A stretch of 64,000 bases of DNA, from the NCBI GenBank assembly GCA_963803435.1, contig CAWDML010000008.1:512001-576000 (forward strand), written 5' to 3'. Below the pieces are notes generated by a model, which was not told the origin of the DNA, made no database searches, and saw only the letters and a program-made list of their open reading frames with translations. The DNA comes from an uncultured delta proteobacterium. Lineage in GTDB: Bacteria > Myxococcota > Kuafuiibacteriia > Kuafuiibacteriales > Kuafuiibacteriaceae. Shown here piece after piece: positions 39,375 through 51,090 of this stretch. The translations under genes and the position numbers were made by a program. Position 1 is the stretch's first letter. Each line of letters begins with the position of its first letter.

Positions 39375-39650
39375 TCACCTGTGATCGGATGCGACTCCCC
39401 CTTCGTGCACGCGCCACACGCCGGGATCGTCCGGCCCTTCGCCCTGCTCGAAGCGCAGGTGGCCGAGCGACTCCAACCGATCGACGAGGGTCTCCGCCCG
39501 AAGCGCCGAGCACCGATAGTGCGACATCAGCGCGTTTCGAAAGACGGTCTTCCCCGAGAGATAGTCTTCGGGAGGGAGGTCGCGAAAACGCAAGCGCAGC
39601 ACACGCACCAGCTCCGACAGCTTCTCGTCTTCATTGGTAGTGAGCTCCAT
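39375..39650 (-). CDS. Small hypothetical protein (possible winged-helix)
   Basis: YLSGKTVFRNAL...AETLVDRLESLGHLRF pattern. Confidence 0.6.
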   Translation of the reverse strand: MELTTNEDEKLSELVRVLRLRFRDLPPEDYLSGKTVFRNALMSHYRCSALRAETLVDRLESLGHLRFEQGEGPDDPGVWRVHEGGVASDHR

Positions 39651-39748
39651 TCGAGGAAGAAGTGCAGCACGCGTGCCCATGTTCGTGGGGGGAGGCGCGA
39701 TTCCGCCGCGGCATGCCGGATGCACGACATCGGGGCGCGGAGGTGCAG

Positions 39749-39967
39749 ATGTTGTCACTCGAAACGAATGACATCGAGTACGGCTATCTCGATGACTCGG
39801 ATGCGCTGTGGGAGCCGACCGTACGGCCGTTGCTGCTGACGTCCGTCGGTTTCAGCCGCGATCTCGCGGTGGATGTCGAGGACGTCGGATCCGACCTCCT
39901 CGATCGGGCGACCGAGACCCCTCCGCACGTTCACCTGATCGGCGCGCTCCGATGGTTCTCGAGCTGA
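39749..39967 (+). CDS. Small acidic hypothetical protein
   Basis: GGAGG RBS before ATG; 72 aa. Confidence 0.4.
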   Translation: MLSLETNDIEYGYLDDSDALWEPTVRPLLLTSVGFSRDLAVDVEDVGSDLLDRATETPPHVHLIGALRWFSS

Positions 39968-39976
39968 GGGCGCCGA

Positions 39977-41505
39977 TCACGCCACGCCGACGTCCGCGGC
40001 ACCGAGCTTGGCGTACAGATCGGCGCCGAGCTCGTCTTTGACCCTCGGAAGATCGCGGAAATGACCCGACAGCTCCTCGCCGGGCTGATCGTGCTCCCAG
40101 TGGAGGACGGTCTCGATGCCGTGGTAGCCGATCCCCGCCGGGTAGTTGTGCTTGGCGAGAAGATGGTCCCAGACGCGGTCGTCGCTCCAGCCGTTGTCGT
40201 AGGCGAGCGAGGCCGCGGTGAAGAGCAGCTTCATCGCGTTCTTGTCGGCCGCGCTCATCCGGCGAACCTCGGGATCCGTCGTCTCGGGGAGGATGGCGCT
40301 GATGAACGCGTGGTGCATCTCGGCGCGGAAGGCCTCGACGCTCGCGTGGCTGTACCAGCTGTTGGCGGCGACCTGCCAGCCGCGGGTCACCGGGTTGCGG
40401 GACACCTTCACCATCGGACCGTCCTGACCGAGATCCACGAAGCCCTTGGGCTGGATCGTGCGCACCTCGTAGGTCGGCTTGACGATCGGGTTGTAGCGCC
40501 CGAACGTGTCGAGCGACTCCACCGCCATGAAGACCTTCGTGCCGTCGAGCTTGTTCACGGGCACGTTCGGCTGCCGCGGCTGGAACTCCTGGGCCACCAG
40601 CTCGTTGGGAATCACGCGCCCGCCGTCCCAGACCTGCTGGCCTCCGTCCGGGAGGCCGTTGTGGTCGAGGTCCCAGAGCATGAGCTGCTCGATGGCGCCC
40701 GGGTTCGTGTAGTTCACGTCCTTGCTGTGCGCCCAGGAGTCGGTCGCGCGCTTGAGAACGTTCGCGATGCTGTCATTGCCCTGGTAGGGCTTGAGCTGCG
40801 ACATCGCGTCCTGAAGCCCGAACATGAGCAACAGGTTCTCGGAGTAGTTCATGTACTTGTGACCGTCGCGTACGGCCCAGTTGAAGAACGTCGACTCGTA
40901 GGTGTTGATCATCTGAACGCGCTTCGGATCGCTGAAGCGGTCGCGGATGAGGAACACGCGATCGGTGGTGGCGCAGGCTCCCAGCGCGAGGATCTTGCTG
41001 CCGGCCAGGTCGGGCGCGTTCGCGAGGCTGTCCTGATGTTGCGACCGAGGTTCGAGTGACCGTCATACTGGATCAGATCGATGTCCGGATCGCTCATCGC
41101 CTGCATCATGTTCCGTCCGTTCATGTGCGCGACGTAGGTTCGGATCTCCTGACACGGCTTGGCGGGATCGTTCTGGTTCACCTTCTTGACGAACATCTCG
41201 TAGCCGGGCTTGTCGGTGTCGACCTTCGCGAAGCCCTGGGCTTTGATCATCTCGATGCCGCCGTTGTAGAAGAGGTCGTCCTCCTCGTTGCCGAACATGA
41301 CCACGAAGTTGAGCGAGCGCTTCTCCGCGGTCGCCCGGCCGTCGGCTCCGTACTTGAGCTGGAAGATCGTGTCGTAGTCGGGCGTCTCGGGCGCCACCAG
41401 CGCGACCAGCTCCTTGTCGATCGGGTCCGCCGGAACGTTCAGGCCGGCGTCGAAGATCGAGCCGGTGCCTGGGAGGGTGGTCTTGAGCGCGAGGTCAGCA
41501 GTCAT
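39977..41505 (-). CDS. Hypothetical ~500-aa protein, frameshifted at ~41036
   Basis: ORFs 40909-41505 and 39977-40957 join with one added base to read ...YDGHSNLGRNIxDSLANAPDLAGSKILALGACATTDRVFL...; strongly GC3-biased codons on both sides. Confidence 0.7.
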
Positions 41506-41652
41506 GGTTTTTCCCCGATCCCACCCGAACGATGAGATCTCGTCCCGCTGTATCGGGGGTGATTTGAATACCGTTATGTACGTTTTCCTACCCTCGTTTT
41601 CCTACCCTCGGATCGGTCGTCCGAAGTCCATACGATCCGGTACGCTCCGTCG

Positions 41653-43404
41653 ATGCGTCGGGTCGTCTCGGTCCTCGGTCTGGTCCTCTTCGGGTGCAGC
41701 GCCGGCGGCCACCCGCTCGAAGGCCCCGACGTCGACGCGCTCCTCGCGACGCTCGACGGTCTCCCCGCCGACGGTCTGGTAGACGCCGGCTTCCGCGCCG
41801 AGCTGATGCGCGATCCCGAGGCCGCCGTGGAGATCGGGATGGCCGACGCCCTCGGGATCGCCGACGACGCACTCACGCCGGCGACGGACGCCTACCACCT
41901 CGAGGACCTGCGTCTGGTCGAGGGGATCGCAGCCCGCCTCGACGCGGCGGATGCGAGCGGCCTGTCCGAATCGGCCCGCCTCGACTTCGAGACTTATCGC
42001 GCCTACCTCGAAGATCGGCTCGGCGAGCGCCCGTTCGTCACCGACGCCTATCCGGTGACGCATTTCCTGAACGGCGCCCAGCAGCAGATCGAGTTCTTCT
42101 TCACCGATCTCCATCCGCTGCGGAATGAAAAGGAAGCCCGCGCCTACGTGGCCAGGCTCCGCCGTGTGCACGACAAGATGAAGCAGGTGATCGAGCGCCT
42201 CGATCTCCATCAGCAGAACGGCGTGGTGTTGCCACAGATCATGATCGACCGCGTCCTGCCCGACATCCGGCGGATCGCCGACGCATCACCGCGCAACACC
42301 TCCTTCTTCATCACGTTCTCCAATCGAATGGGCGCCGTCGAGACGCTCGCTCCGATCCGCGACGAGCTCCTCGACGCGGCCGCCGACGCGATCGGTTCCA
42401 GCGTCATCCCGGCCTACGCCGAGCTCTTCGACCGCATGCAGGCCCAACGCGACGACGCACCCGCCGAGGTGGGTGTGGGAACGCTCCCGGACGGCGCCGC
42501 CTACTACGCGTACTTGTTGAGGCACCACACCACCACGGACCTGACCGTGGACGCGATCCACGAGATGGGCCTCGCGATGCTCGACACCATCCACGAGGAG
42601 ATGCGGGCGCGCTTCGAGGAGACCGGCCACGATCCCCAGATGGGCTTGACCGCGCTCTATCGCGCGATCGCCCAGGAGGGCGGGATCGTCGCGGCCGACG
42701 AGGTCGGCGCCGAATACGAGTCCATCATCCGCGACGCCGAGTCCCGCCTCGACCCAGCCTTCGATCTCCGCCCGCAGGCGAGCTGGTCCGTGAAGGTCGG
42801 CTCCTTCGGCGGCGCCTACGAGCCCGCCTCGCTCGACGGCGATCGACCCGGCGTGTTCTACGCGCTCCACGCCGACACGCCGCGCTTCGGCATGAAGACG
42901 CTCGCCTACCACGAGGTGATGCCCGGCCATCACTTCCAGCTCACGATCGCGCAGGAGACCCAGACCTCCCTCTTCCGCCGCGTCTACGCGCCCAACGCCT
43001 ACGTCGAGGGCTGGGCCCTCTACGCCGAGCACCTTGCCTCCGAGCTCGGCTGGTACGACGACGATCCCTTCGGTGACCTCGGCCGCCTCCAGTACGCCGC
43101 CTTCCGCGCCGCCCGCCTCGTCATCGACACCGGCATCCACGCTCGAGGCTGGACCTTCGACCAAGCCGTCGACTTCATGGTCGCGAACACCGGCTTCGAA
43201 CGCGGCCAGGCCGACTGGGAAGTCGCCCGCTACGCCGTCTGGCCCGGCCAAGCCGACGCCTACGCCATCGGCATGAGCGAGCTCCTCCGTCTCCGCGCCC
43301 AACAGCAAGCCGCCCTCGGCCCCGACTTCGACCTCCGCGCCTTCCACCGCAAGATCCTCCTCGCCGGCAGCCTCCCGCTCTCGACCCTCGCACAGCAGTT
43401 TTGA
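41653..43404 (+). CDS. DUF885 family lipoprotein
   Basis: Lipobox LFGC, LAYHEVMPGHHFQ, AYVEGWALYAE, RAARLVIDTGIH, WPGQA. Confidence 0.92.
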   Translation: MRRVVSVLGLVLFGCSAGGHPLEGPDVDALLATLDGLPADGLVDAGFRAELMRDPEAAVEIGMADALGIADDALTPATDAYHLEDLRLVEGIAARLDAADASGLSESARLDFETYRAYLEDRLGERPFVTDAYPVTHFLNGAQQQIEFFFTDLHPLRNEKEARAYVARLRRVHDKMKQVIERLDLHQQNGVVLPQIMIDRVLPDIRRIADASPRNTSFFITFSNRMGAVETLAPIRDELLDAAADAIGSSVIPAYAELFDRMQAQRDDAPAEVGVGTLPDGAAYYAYLLRHHTTTDLTVDAIHEMGLAMLDTIHEEMRARFEETGHDPQMGLTALYRAIAQEGGIVAADEVGAEYESIIRDAESRLDPAFDLRPQASWSVKVGSFGGAYEPASLDGDRPGVFYALHADTPRFGMKTLAYHEVMPGHHFQLTIAQETQTSLFRRVYAPNAYVEGWALYAEHLASELGWYDDDPFGDLGRLQYAAFRAARLVIDTGIHARGWTFDQAVDFMVANTGFERGQADWEVARYAVWPGQADAYAIGMSELLRLRAQQQAALGPDFDLRAFHRKILLAGSLPLSTLAQQF

Positions 43405-43421
43405 GTCGACCTGCCGGCGCG

Positions 43422-44530
43422 CTACGCCGCGACCTTCCGGATCCGCCGTGCGCTCATCACCACCAGACACGCGCTGATCGCGACCAGGGCCAAGACGTTG
43501 GGGAGGAGCTGGAGGAGGCCGGCGTCGCGGAGCACGACGCCGCGCATGATGGCCACCATGTGAGTGGCGGGGAGGATCCAGCCGATGGCCTTGAGGACGA
43601 TGGGGAGGCCCTCGCGGGGAAAGATGTAGCCGCTGAGGAAGATGGACGGCAGGAGGAACATCTGGGCCATCTGCTGGGCGGCGCTCTGGGTCTGGTGCGG
43701 GTGGAGATGAAGAGGCCGAGCGCGAGCAGGGCGAACAGGTAGATGACCGCCATGACGAAGAGGAAGACCAGGCTGCCGCGGATGGGGACGGAGAAGCCGT
43801 AGCGCATGGCGATGAGGATGAGGGACATCTCGCCGATGCCGATGAAGAGGTAGGGGCCGAGCTTGCCGAGCATCAGGCCGAGGGGATTGATCGGGGTGAC
43901 GAGGAGCTGCTCGAGGGTGCCGCGTTCGCGCTCGCGGACGATCGCGATGGCGGCGAGGACGAGGGCGACGATCTGGAGGAGGATCGCCACGAGACCCGGG
44001 ATGATGAAGTTGGCGGTGCGGCCGCTCGGGTTGAAGAGGATGATGGGCTGGGCGGCCATCGGGGTCTCGGCGCCGAGGACGGCGCGTTGGAGCTGCTCGA
44101 GGTTCGCTTGCGCGACCAGGCCGTTCACCGAGGCGAGCGCCTGTGCGCTCACCGTTTGATCGGAGCCGTCGATCAGGACCAGCAGGCGCGCGTCGGCGCC
44201 GCGGACGCGCTTCTTGTGATAGTCGGGCGGGATCATGACGCCGACCTTGGCGCGGGCCGCGGTGATGTCTTCGCGGGCCTCGCGGGGGTCGAAGGTGATG
44301 CGGCGGATGTCGAAGGTCTTGGTGGCGCGCATGCGGTCGATCAGGAGGCGGCTCTCGGGGGAGCGGTCCTGGTCGACGACGACGGTCGGAACGTTGCGGA
44401 CCGTCTGATCGATGAAGCCGAACAGCATCAGCTGAAAGAGCGGGATGCTGAACGCCATGATCAGCGTGGCCCGATCGCGTCGGATATGGAGGAACTCCTT
44501 GCGGAAGATCGCGGTGAACGAGCTCCACAT
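43422..44530 (-). CDS. ABC-2 type transporter permease (YbhR/S-like), frameshift at ~43695
   Basis: RKEFLHIRRD, IVRERERGTLEQLLVTP; C-terminal QMFLLPSIFLSGYIFP lies in another frame, and one added C restores it. Confidence 0.88.
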
Positions 44531-44532
44531 GG

Positions 44533-45507
44533 TCAGGCCGCCTTTCCTCGCTCCTGGCTCTTGGTGAGGGTGACGAAGACGTCCTCGAGCGATGGCGAGA
44601 TCTCGCGGACACGGGCGCCCGGGAAGCCCGCCGCCGTCATGGTCTCCGTCAAGGAAGCGTCGCTGAGGGTCCGATCGATCATCGCGTGCACCGCCTGGCC
44701 GAAGATCGTGGCCGCGGAGCAGAAGGGCTGGTCGGCGAGCCAAGCCAGCGCTCGGGCAGTGCGCATCGTCTCGACCTCGACGCGTCGCGAGTCGGGCGGG
44801 TTCACCTCCGGGAGCGCCTTGAGCGTTTCGGGTGTCCCGGTGGCGAGCAGCTTCGACAGATAGAGATAGCCGACCTCGCCGCAGCGCTCGGCTTCGTCCA
44901 TGTAGTGCGTCGTGACGAGGAGCGTGATGCCCTCGGCGGCCAGCGCGAACAGGAGATCCCAGAGCTCGCGGCGTGCAACCGGATCGATCCCGGCGGTGGG
45001 CTCGTCGAGGAAGACGACCTCGGGCTCGTGCATCAGCGCGCTCCCGAGCGCCAGACGTTGCTTCCAGCCGCCCGAGAGCAGGCCGGCGCGCCGATCGAGG
45101 TACGGGCCGATGTGCGTCAGCTCGATCGCGTCGTCGCGTCGCCGCCGCAGCCGGTCGCCGCGCAGGCCGTAGATGCTCGCGTAGAAGTCGAGGTTCTCGA
45201 GCACCGTGAGATCCTCGTAGAGCGCGAACTTCTGGCTCATGTAGCCGATGCGCCGTCGGATCGCTTCGCCGTTGCGGGCCACGTCCAGGCCGAGGACGCT
45301 GGCGCGCCCTGCCGTCGGCGAGAGCAGGCCGCACAGGATCCGGATCAGCGTCGACTTGCCGGAGCCGTTCGGTCCGAGGAGGCCGTAGACCGTGCCGCGC
45401 CGGACGACGAGGTCGACGCCGGCGAGCGCCGTGAAGTCGCCGAACGTGCGGGTGAGGTCCTCGACCTCGATCACCGTCTCGGCAGAATGCTCGGCGTTCA
45501 TGATCAA
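44533..45507 (-). CDS. ABC transporter ATP-binding protein
   Basis: [23 protein letters not shown]. Confidence 0.95.
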   Translation of the reverse strand: MIMNAEHSAETVIEVEDLTRTFGDFTALAGVDLVVRRGTVYGLLGPNGSGKSTLIRILCGLLSPTAGRASVLGLDVARNGEAIRRRIGYMSQKFALYEDLTVLENLDFYASIYGLRGDRLRRRRDDAIELTHIGPYLDRRAGLLSGGWKQRLALGSALMHEPEVVFLDEPTAGIDPVARRELWDLLFALAAEGITLLVTTHYMDEAERCGEVGYLYLSKLLATGTPETLKALPEVNPPDSRRVEVETMRTARALAWLADQPFCSAATIFGQAVHAMIDRTLSDASLTETMTAAGFPGARVREISPSLEDVFVTLTKSQERGKAA

Positions 45508-46643
45508 CTCCTCGGTACGTGGATCGTCGCCGCCATGCCGGCGCGCAGGTCATCGAGGCCCTCGAGAATCCCGATGCGCGTGGCGAAGACCTGGTCGGCG
45601 CGCTCGTCGGCGGTCTGCAGGTTGCGCGGCGAGTACTCGCCGATCGCGTTGATGTGCTCGACCTGACCGCCGAAGGTTCGGTCCGGGAACGAGTCGACCG
45701 AGATCGGCACCTTCTCGCCCACCTTCAGGTGGCCGAGCTGGGTCTCGGGCACGTAGATGCGAACGTACAGCTGGTCGCGCTCGATCAGCTCCACCGCGTG
45801 GGCGTTCGGGGCGAGGATGTCGCCGGGTCGCAGGTCGAGCGTCTCCACTCGCGAGGGCATGGGCGCGCGGATGGTGAGCTCGTCGATCATCGTGAGGATC
45901 TGATCGACGCGACCCTTCGCCGAATCGACCTGACCCTTGGCCGCCTGGATGTCCTCGACGCGCGCGCCGGACTCGACCAGCTTCGCGCTCGCCTCGGCCT
46001 CCTTGGCGTGGGCCTCGGCCTGCCGCACCTGCTCGACGCGGACGCCGTGGACCAGCTCGTCGAGCGCGTGCTTTTGCGCGTCTCGCTGGGCGATCGCCGA
46101 CTGCAAAGCGAGATCGACGTTGTCGCCCTCGGCGCGGGATGCGGCGCCCTTCTGCAGCAGCTGGTGGATCCGGTCGGCGTCCATCTTGGCCTTGTTGACC
46201 GCGACCTCCGTCGCCTGCAGGCGGGCCTCGGCCTGCGCGATGTCCTCGGTTCGGGCGCCCGCGTGTGACTCCTGCAGAGCGGCCAGCGCGCTCTGCGCCC
46301 GAGCGCGCGCCGCCTCGATCTCCTCGGGCCGAGAGCCGCGCTCGAGCTTATCGAGGTTGGCCTGCGCCTGGGCGAGCAGTCCCTCCGCCACCAGCTTCTG
46401 CGCCATCAGGTCACCGGGCTCGAGGATGATCAGCGGTTGCCCGGCCGCCACCGGGTCGCCCTCCTTGACCAGGACGTCCTTCACCCGGCCGCCGACCCGC
46501 GAGCCGACCGCGACCGTGCGAGCCTCGACGGTACCGCTCCATTCGAACGGTTGGTGTGCGGCCCACACCCGCGAGGCGACGTAGAGCAGGGTGCCGAACG
46601 CAACCACGCCCACCGGGATCGAGCGATTGAGAGGGATCTTCAT
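45504..46643 (-). CDS. HlyD/YbhG-like membrane fusion protein
   Basis: [12 protein letters not shown] lipoyl half, coiled coil, [14 protein letters not shown]. Confidence 0.92.
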   Translation of the reverse strand: MKIPLNRSIPVGVVAFGTLLYVASRVWAAHQPFEWSGTVEARTVAVGSRVGGRVKDVLVKEGDPVAAGQPLIILEPGDLMAQKLVAEGLLAQAQANLDKLERGSRPEEIEAARARAQSALAALQESHAGARTEDIAQAEARLQATEVAVNKAKMDADRIHQLLQKGAASRAEGDNVDLALQSAIAQRDAQKHALDELVHGVRVEQVRQAEAHAKEAEASAKLVESGARVEDIQAAKGQVDSAKGRVDQILTMIDELTIRAPMPSRVETLDLRPGDILAPNAHAVELIERDQLYVRIYVPETQLGHLKVGEKVPISVDSFPDRTFGGQVEHINAIGEYSPRNLQTADERADQVFATRIGILEGLDDLRAGMAATIHVPRS

Positions 46644-48076
46644 GAGTGCGGCTCCTGATTCTCGGGAAACACGCCCGTCGCGCGAGCGAGGCTGAGCTGG
46701 GCCAGGGAGAGATCGAACCGAGCCTGCGCGACCGCGACCTCGGAGCTGATCAGGGCGTCCTGCGCTTGCAACAGATCGATCTGCGTGGCCGTCCCGGCGT
46801 CGTGTTGGGCACGGACCAGCTCCAGCGTCTCCGTCGACAGATCGACCGAACGATGGGCAGCCAGCAGGGCGGCTTCCTTGGTGTCGACCATCCGCAGCGC
46901 GTCGGCGATCTCGTCGCCCACCCGATCGCGGAGTTGATCGAGCAGGGCCTCGGTCTCGGCGCGCTGCGCCTGAGCGAGCTCCTGCTGGGCGATGCGCAGG
47001 CCGCCGTCGAAGATCGTCCAGTCGAGCGTCGCGCCGACGGCCCAGGAGAACTGATCGCCGGAGAATCCGCTGTAGTTGGAGAGGCGTCCGCTCCCGAACG
47101 CCGAGAGCGTCGGTGCCCAGCGCCAGAGCGCCGCGTTCTCCAGGGCGTCGCTGGCGTCGATCGAGCGCTCGAGCGCGGTCACCTCGGGACGCCGGGGAAG
47201 GGACACATCGATGAGCGCTGGAAGGTCCTGGATCGTCGGCCCGGCGGCCTTGCCCTCGGGCGGCGGCTCGACTCGGAAGGGATCCTTGAGCGCGATCAGT
47301 GTTCCGAGGGCGCGGTAGAGCTGCGCCTGCGCGTCGCGCGTCTCGAGGAGCGCCTGGCGCGCCTGGACCAGGGCCAGCTCGGCGCGCGTGACCTCGACGC
47401 GGTTGACCAAGCCGCTGTCGAAACGCGCCTTCGCGTTCTCGAGGGTCTCGCTGGCGACCTCGATCCCGTGCTCGCGCACCTTGATCAGCTCGTCCGCGCC
47501 GGCGGTGCCGAAGAACGTTTGCGCCACCTGGAACAGGATCGACGCGGCGGAAGCGTCGAAGTTCGCCTCCTGCGCCTCGACCAGCCGGCGCGAAGCCGAG
47601 AGCCCGGCATAGCCAGAGGGAACCACCAGCGGCACGGTCACCGCGAGCGTGCCGTCGAGTTGTTCACGCTTGAGGATCACCGCGGTTCCCGGCGTGTTCG
47701 CCGTTAGGTCGGCCTCGAACTGATCGATCGCCGCGGCGGTGCTGGGAGGAGCGCTCTGCTTGAGCACCTCGGCAAAGCCGAGCAGAGGTGCGTTCTGCGC
47801 GGCCAGATCGAGCTCCGACGACTTGTTGTTGTGGGTGTACCTACCCTGCGCGATCAGGAGCGGCAGCAGCGCGGCCCAGGCTTGCGTGATCTGCGAGCGC
47901 GACTGGTCGACGCGCGCAGCTGCGGCCTTGAGGTCCCGGTTGCCTGCCTTCGCGCGGGCGAGCACCTCGTCGAGGTGAAGCGTTCGCTCCGCTGCGCTCG
48001 TCTGCGCCGTCGCTGGGCGGGTGCCCGCGAGCGAGACGAGGAGCGCCGCCGCGGCGGCTCTACGGATCATTGCCAT
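46640..48076 (-). CDS. TolC-family outer membrane efflux protein
   Basis: Signal peptide, two OEP repeats, WTIFDGG, GTATQIDLLQAQ. Confidence 0.9.
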   Translation of the reverse strand: MAMIRRAAAAALLVSLAGTRPATAQTSAAERTLHLDEVLARAKAGNRDLKAAAARVDQSRSQITQAWAALLPLLIAQGRYTHNNKSSELDLAAQNAPLLGFAEVLKQSAPPSTAAAIDQFEADLTANTPGTAVILKREQLDGTLAVTVPLVVPSGYAGLSASRRLVEAQEANFDASAASILFQVAQTFFGTAGADELIKVREHGIEVASETLENAKARFDSGLVNRVEVTRAELALVQARQALLETRDAQAQLYRALGTLIALKDPFRVEPPPEGKAAGPTIQDLPALIDVSLPRRPEVTALERSIDASDALENAALWRWAPTLSAFGSGRLSNYSGFSGDQFSWAVGATLDWTIFDGGLRIAQQELAQAQRAETEALLDQLRDRVGDEIADALRMVDTKEAALLAAHRSVDLSTETLELVRAQHDAGTATQIDLLQAQDALISSEVAVAQARFDLSLAQLSLARATGVFPENQEPHS

Positions 48077-48083
48077 GAATCCT

Positions 48084-48722
48084 TCACTTTCTCCGTGTCG
48101 CGCGCGTCTTGCGACGCGGCCGGCGTGGGGCTCCTTCGGTGAGGAGATCGACCAAGCCTTCCAGGAACTTCTTCTCCGGGATCTGTTTCTCGCCGTGTGA
48201 GCTCAGCAGGATCTCGAAAAACGCATAGTGCTGGAGGGTGCCGAGAAAGGTGCGGGCCAAGATCTCGGGATCACGCGGAGCCAACCGCCCGCGCTCGATC
48301 TCCTCGGCGAAGAACGCGGTGAGGGCCCGGGAGGCGCGGAGCGGTCCCGCGTTCGGTCCTCTCAGGTGGTCGGGGAGCTCGCTCGAGCCGCTGGTGTTCG
48401 ACCACGACATCATCACCAGCGGGAGGATCCTGCGAAAGAATGCGATCATCTCGGTACCGATTTCGGTCAACGTCGTGCGGATGCTCTTTCTGGCGTCGCG
48501 CTCGGTCAGGGTGTGGGCCCACGGGAGCGGTGCGTTCGGCTGGAGCTGCATGGCGGCGGCGAACAGCTCTTTCTTGGTGGCGAAGCGCTTGAAGATCGAC
48601 CCTTCGGCGATTCCCGCGCGCCGCGCCACCTCGGAGGTGGTGGCGCGGATGCCCTTTTCGAGGAACACCTCACGGGCGGCGGCGATGATCTGTGCGTTCG
48701 TTATCGAGACCGGGCGGGCCAT
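48084..48722 (-). CDS. TetR/AcrR family transcriptional regulator
   Basis: IIAAAREVFLEKG..TTSEVARRAGIAEGSIFKRFATKKELF. Confidence 0.93.
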   Translation of the reverse strand: MARPVSITNAQIIAAAREVFLEKGIRATTSEVARRAGIAEGSIFKRFATKKELFAAAMQLQPNAPLPWAHTLTERDARKSIRTTLTEIGTEMIAFFRRILPLVMMSWSNTSGSSELPDHLRGPNAGPLRASRALTAFFAEEIERGRLAPRDPEILARTFLGTLQHYAFFEILLSSHGEKQIPEKKFLEGLVDLLTEGAPRRPRRKTRATRRK

Positions 48723-48738
48723 CTCAGCTCCGAATAAG

Positions 48739-48778
48739 TGACTGCGCACTCATTATTGACGGCGGACCCGGCCGTCAA
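48739..48778 (-). promoter_or_regulatory. Probable TetR operator and promoter of the efflux operon
   Basis: Near-palindrome TGACTGCGCACTCA (48739-52); inverted repeat TTGACGGC-N7-GCCGTCAA (48756-78) gives a minus-strand TTGACG -35 followed by an AT-rich -10-like stretch. Confidence 0.6.
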
Positions 48779-48800
48779 GCGCGATCGAAGGCGGGGAGCG

Positions 48801-49373
48801 TCAATCGTGGAACACCGGCGTGGGAGTGAAGCTCGCCCGGTCACCATCCGTGGCCGACGCCACCAGGACGATGCTCCCGGCGGTGAGAGCAGCCGCGCCC
48901 ATGAGCGCCGCCCAGAACCACCAGCGCTCCGCGAGTGGCCGAGGTTCGGGCGGTGGGACCATCGTGATCAGCGATACGCCGAGGGTGAAGCGACCCGGAG
49001 CGACGGTCGCCGTGTCGAGCGGCGGCGGATCGTAGGAGACGACCTCGCCGTCGCTGCGCAGCTCAGCCAGGAGGGCGCGGACTCCGTCGGCGTCGGCTCC
49101 GGTGGGATGCTCCTCGAGATAGCGCTGGAAGAAGAAGATCGCTCGCAGGTTGTCTCCGAGGTTGCGGTGGCACTGACCGATGTCGAAGAGGATCTCCGCG
49201 CGCGGCGCAGCGTCGTAGGACGACCTGAACAGCCGGAGCGCCTCGTCGAACTCTCCCAGGTTGTAGTGGTGCTGGGCGCGTTCGAAGTCTCGCCGGCCCG
49301 GCGCCACCGCTTCCGCAGGAGCGCCCGGCGTCGAGCTCGCGAGCACGAGGAGGGCGACCAGCGAATGAATCAT
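48801..49373 (-). CDS. Secreted TPR protein with C-terminal TM
   Basis: MIHSLVALLVLAS signal, HYNLGEFDEAL, LFDIGQCHR, ERWWFW + TM. Confidence 0.8.
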   Translation of the reverse strand: MIHSLVALLVLASSTPGAPAEAVAPGRRDFERAQHHYNLGEFDEALRLFRSSYDAAPRAEILFDIGQCHRNLGDNLRAIFFFQRYLEEHPTGADADGVRALLAELRSDGEVVSYDPPPLDTATVAPGRFTLGVSLITMVPPPEPRPLAERWWFWAALMGAAALTAGSIVLVASATDGDRASFTPTPVFHD

Positions 49374-50822
49374 GGACCCTCTTCTCCGAATGGATCCATG
49401 AGCGTGGCCCTCGAGAATCGGGCCGAGCTTGGTCTCGGCCTCTTCGATCGGCCTCGCAGGCGGGCTGCGTCGCGGCCGTCGCTCGAGCACGACCTTGACG
49501 TGCGCGTCTCCGGTGAGTGCGATCTCGACGTCCTCGGTCTGGTGTTTCGCGGTCGAGAAGGAGAACGTCTCGCTTCGCTCGGTGCGGTCGAAGGCTCGGG
49601 AGAACGGAGTCCGGCCGAGAAGCTCCGTTCCTCGGCGCACCTCGGCACCGGGAGGCTCCGAGTCGAAAGAGATCGCCACCGAGGGCGGCACGACCAGCGC
49701 CGCGATGGGCGGAGCGGCGATCGCGGAGGCGGGGACTACCGGGGCCCCGGGCGCGCTCGCGGGGTCGCCGCTCGCGCCGACGAGCGCAATCCCGGCTCCC
49801 GTCAGCACGATCGCCAGGGCAGTGGGGCCCAGCCGTCGCAGGCTGCGAACGACGCTGCCCGCTCGCGCCTCCGCCGCTTCAGCCGCACGCCGATGACGGA
49901 GTCGTCGATCGCGGAGCGCACTCAGGCGCTCGAGGATCTCGGAGGCGGAGTCCGGGCGATCGTCGGGGTTCTTCTTCAAGCACTCGAGGATGAGCGCCGA
50001 GAGCTCGGCCGGGATCGGCTCACCCGGTCGCGCGACCGAGGCGGGCGCGGGCGGCTCCGACTCGCAATGGAGCGCGAGCAGCTCGAGCATCCCGTCGTTC
50101 TCGAAGGGAGGGCGCCCGGCGGCCATCTCGAAGAGCACGACGCCCAGGGCGTACAGATCCGTGCGGTGATCGACCGGCATCCCGTAGATCTGCTCCGGCG
50201 CCATGTAGCCGGGCGTGCCGAGGAGCATCCCCGAGCCGGTGTTCGGGTCGCCGCCGATGAGCGCTGTCGAGAGCTTGGCGACGCCGAAGTCGAGCACCTT
50301 GACGAAGTCCGTGCGCCCGCGGCTCGACGCCACGAAGATGTTGGCCGGCTTGAGATCACGGTGGACGATCTGCTCACCGTGGACAGCGTCCAGCGCCGCC
50401 GCGATCTGGAGCCCGATGTCGACGGTCCGATCGATCGGCAGTCTTTGCAGCTCGAGCACCTCGCGCAGCGTGAGGCCCTCGAGCAGCTCCATGATGTAGT
50501 GGCTCGGCACCCCGATGTCCCAATCTGCCTCCACGAAGTCCGTGATCTCGACGATGTTCTCGTGCGCGATCGCGTTGACCGCTCGCGCCTCACCGAAGAA
50601 GCGGTTGACCGCGCTCGGATTCGAAGCGAGCTCCTCCCGGAGGACCTTGAGGGCGACGCGGCGCTTGAGCTTCGTGTGCTCGGCGAGGAACACGAGGCCG
50701 ATCGCGCCCTGCCCGATCAACTCGATGATCCGATAGGCGCCCATGAGACTCCCGGCGCGCGGTCCAGGATGGACATCCTGAGCGCGCTCCCCGACCACGA
50801 ACGTCTCCGCGGACCCCGACAT
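49370..50822 (-). CDS. Ser/Thr protein kinase with PEGA-like C-terminus (frameshift at ~49417)
   Basis: GQGAIG, VALK, HRDLKPAN, DFG, GTPGYMAPE. Removing one base gives a natural end ...ISRATLMDPFGEEGP* with an ATGA overlap to the TPR gene. Confidence 0.88.
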
Positions 50823-51090
50823 CGCGAGATCGAGGATGCAGGAGTAGATCCAGCTCGATCCGGAGGAGATTACACCCGTGACCGGGGCGCACGTCGACGT
50901 TCGCCTCGGCTGGCCGTCACGACCCAGGGCGCCGCCCGCTGGACGAAATACCCCCACCCGCGCGGTTGGCTCGACCCGATCGACCTTCCCGCGGCGTCAA
51001 AGCTCCGCGCTTCGAGTCAGAGATCTGTCGACGCTCGACTCTCGACAGCCCGCATCATCTCGGCGCGGTACGGGCCTACCGTGCACGAAA

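Noticed and set aside
42900-44400. Strong C-rich then G-rich strand skew (also 7250-8100)
   Set aside because: Explained by C-ending codon preference in convergent genes; no repeat unit or array.
43422-44530. Pseudogene or programmed frameshift in the ABC permease
   Set aside because: A single missing C in a short run within an otherwise intact efflux operon; most likely a sequencing indel, given the other indels in the window.
48801-50957. Apparent 718-aa kinase-TPR fusion
   Set aside because: Produced by a one-base insertion at ~49417. The corrected kinase ends TLMDPFGEEGP* with an ATGA overlap onto a signal-peptide-bearing TPR gene.
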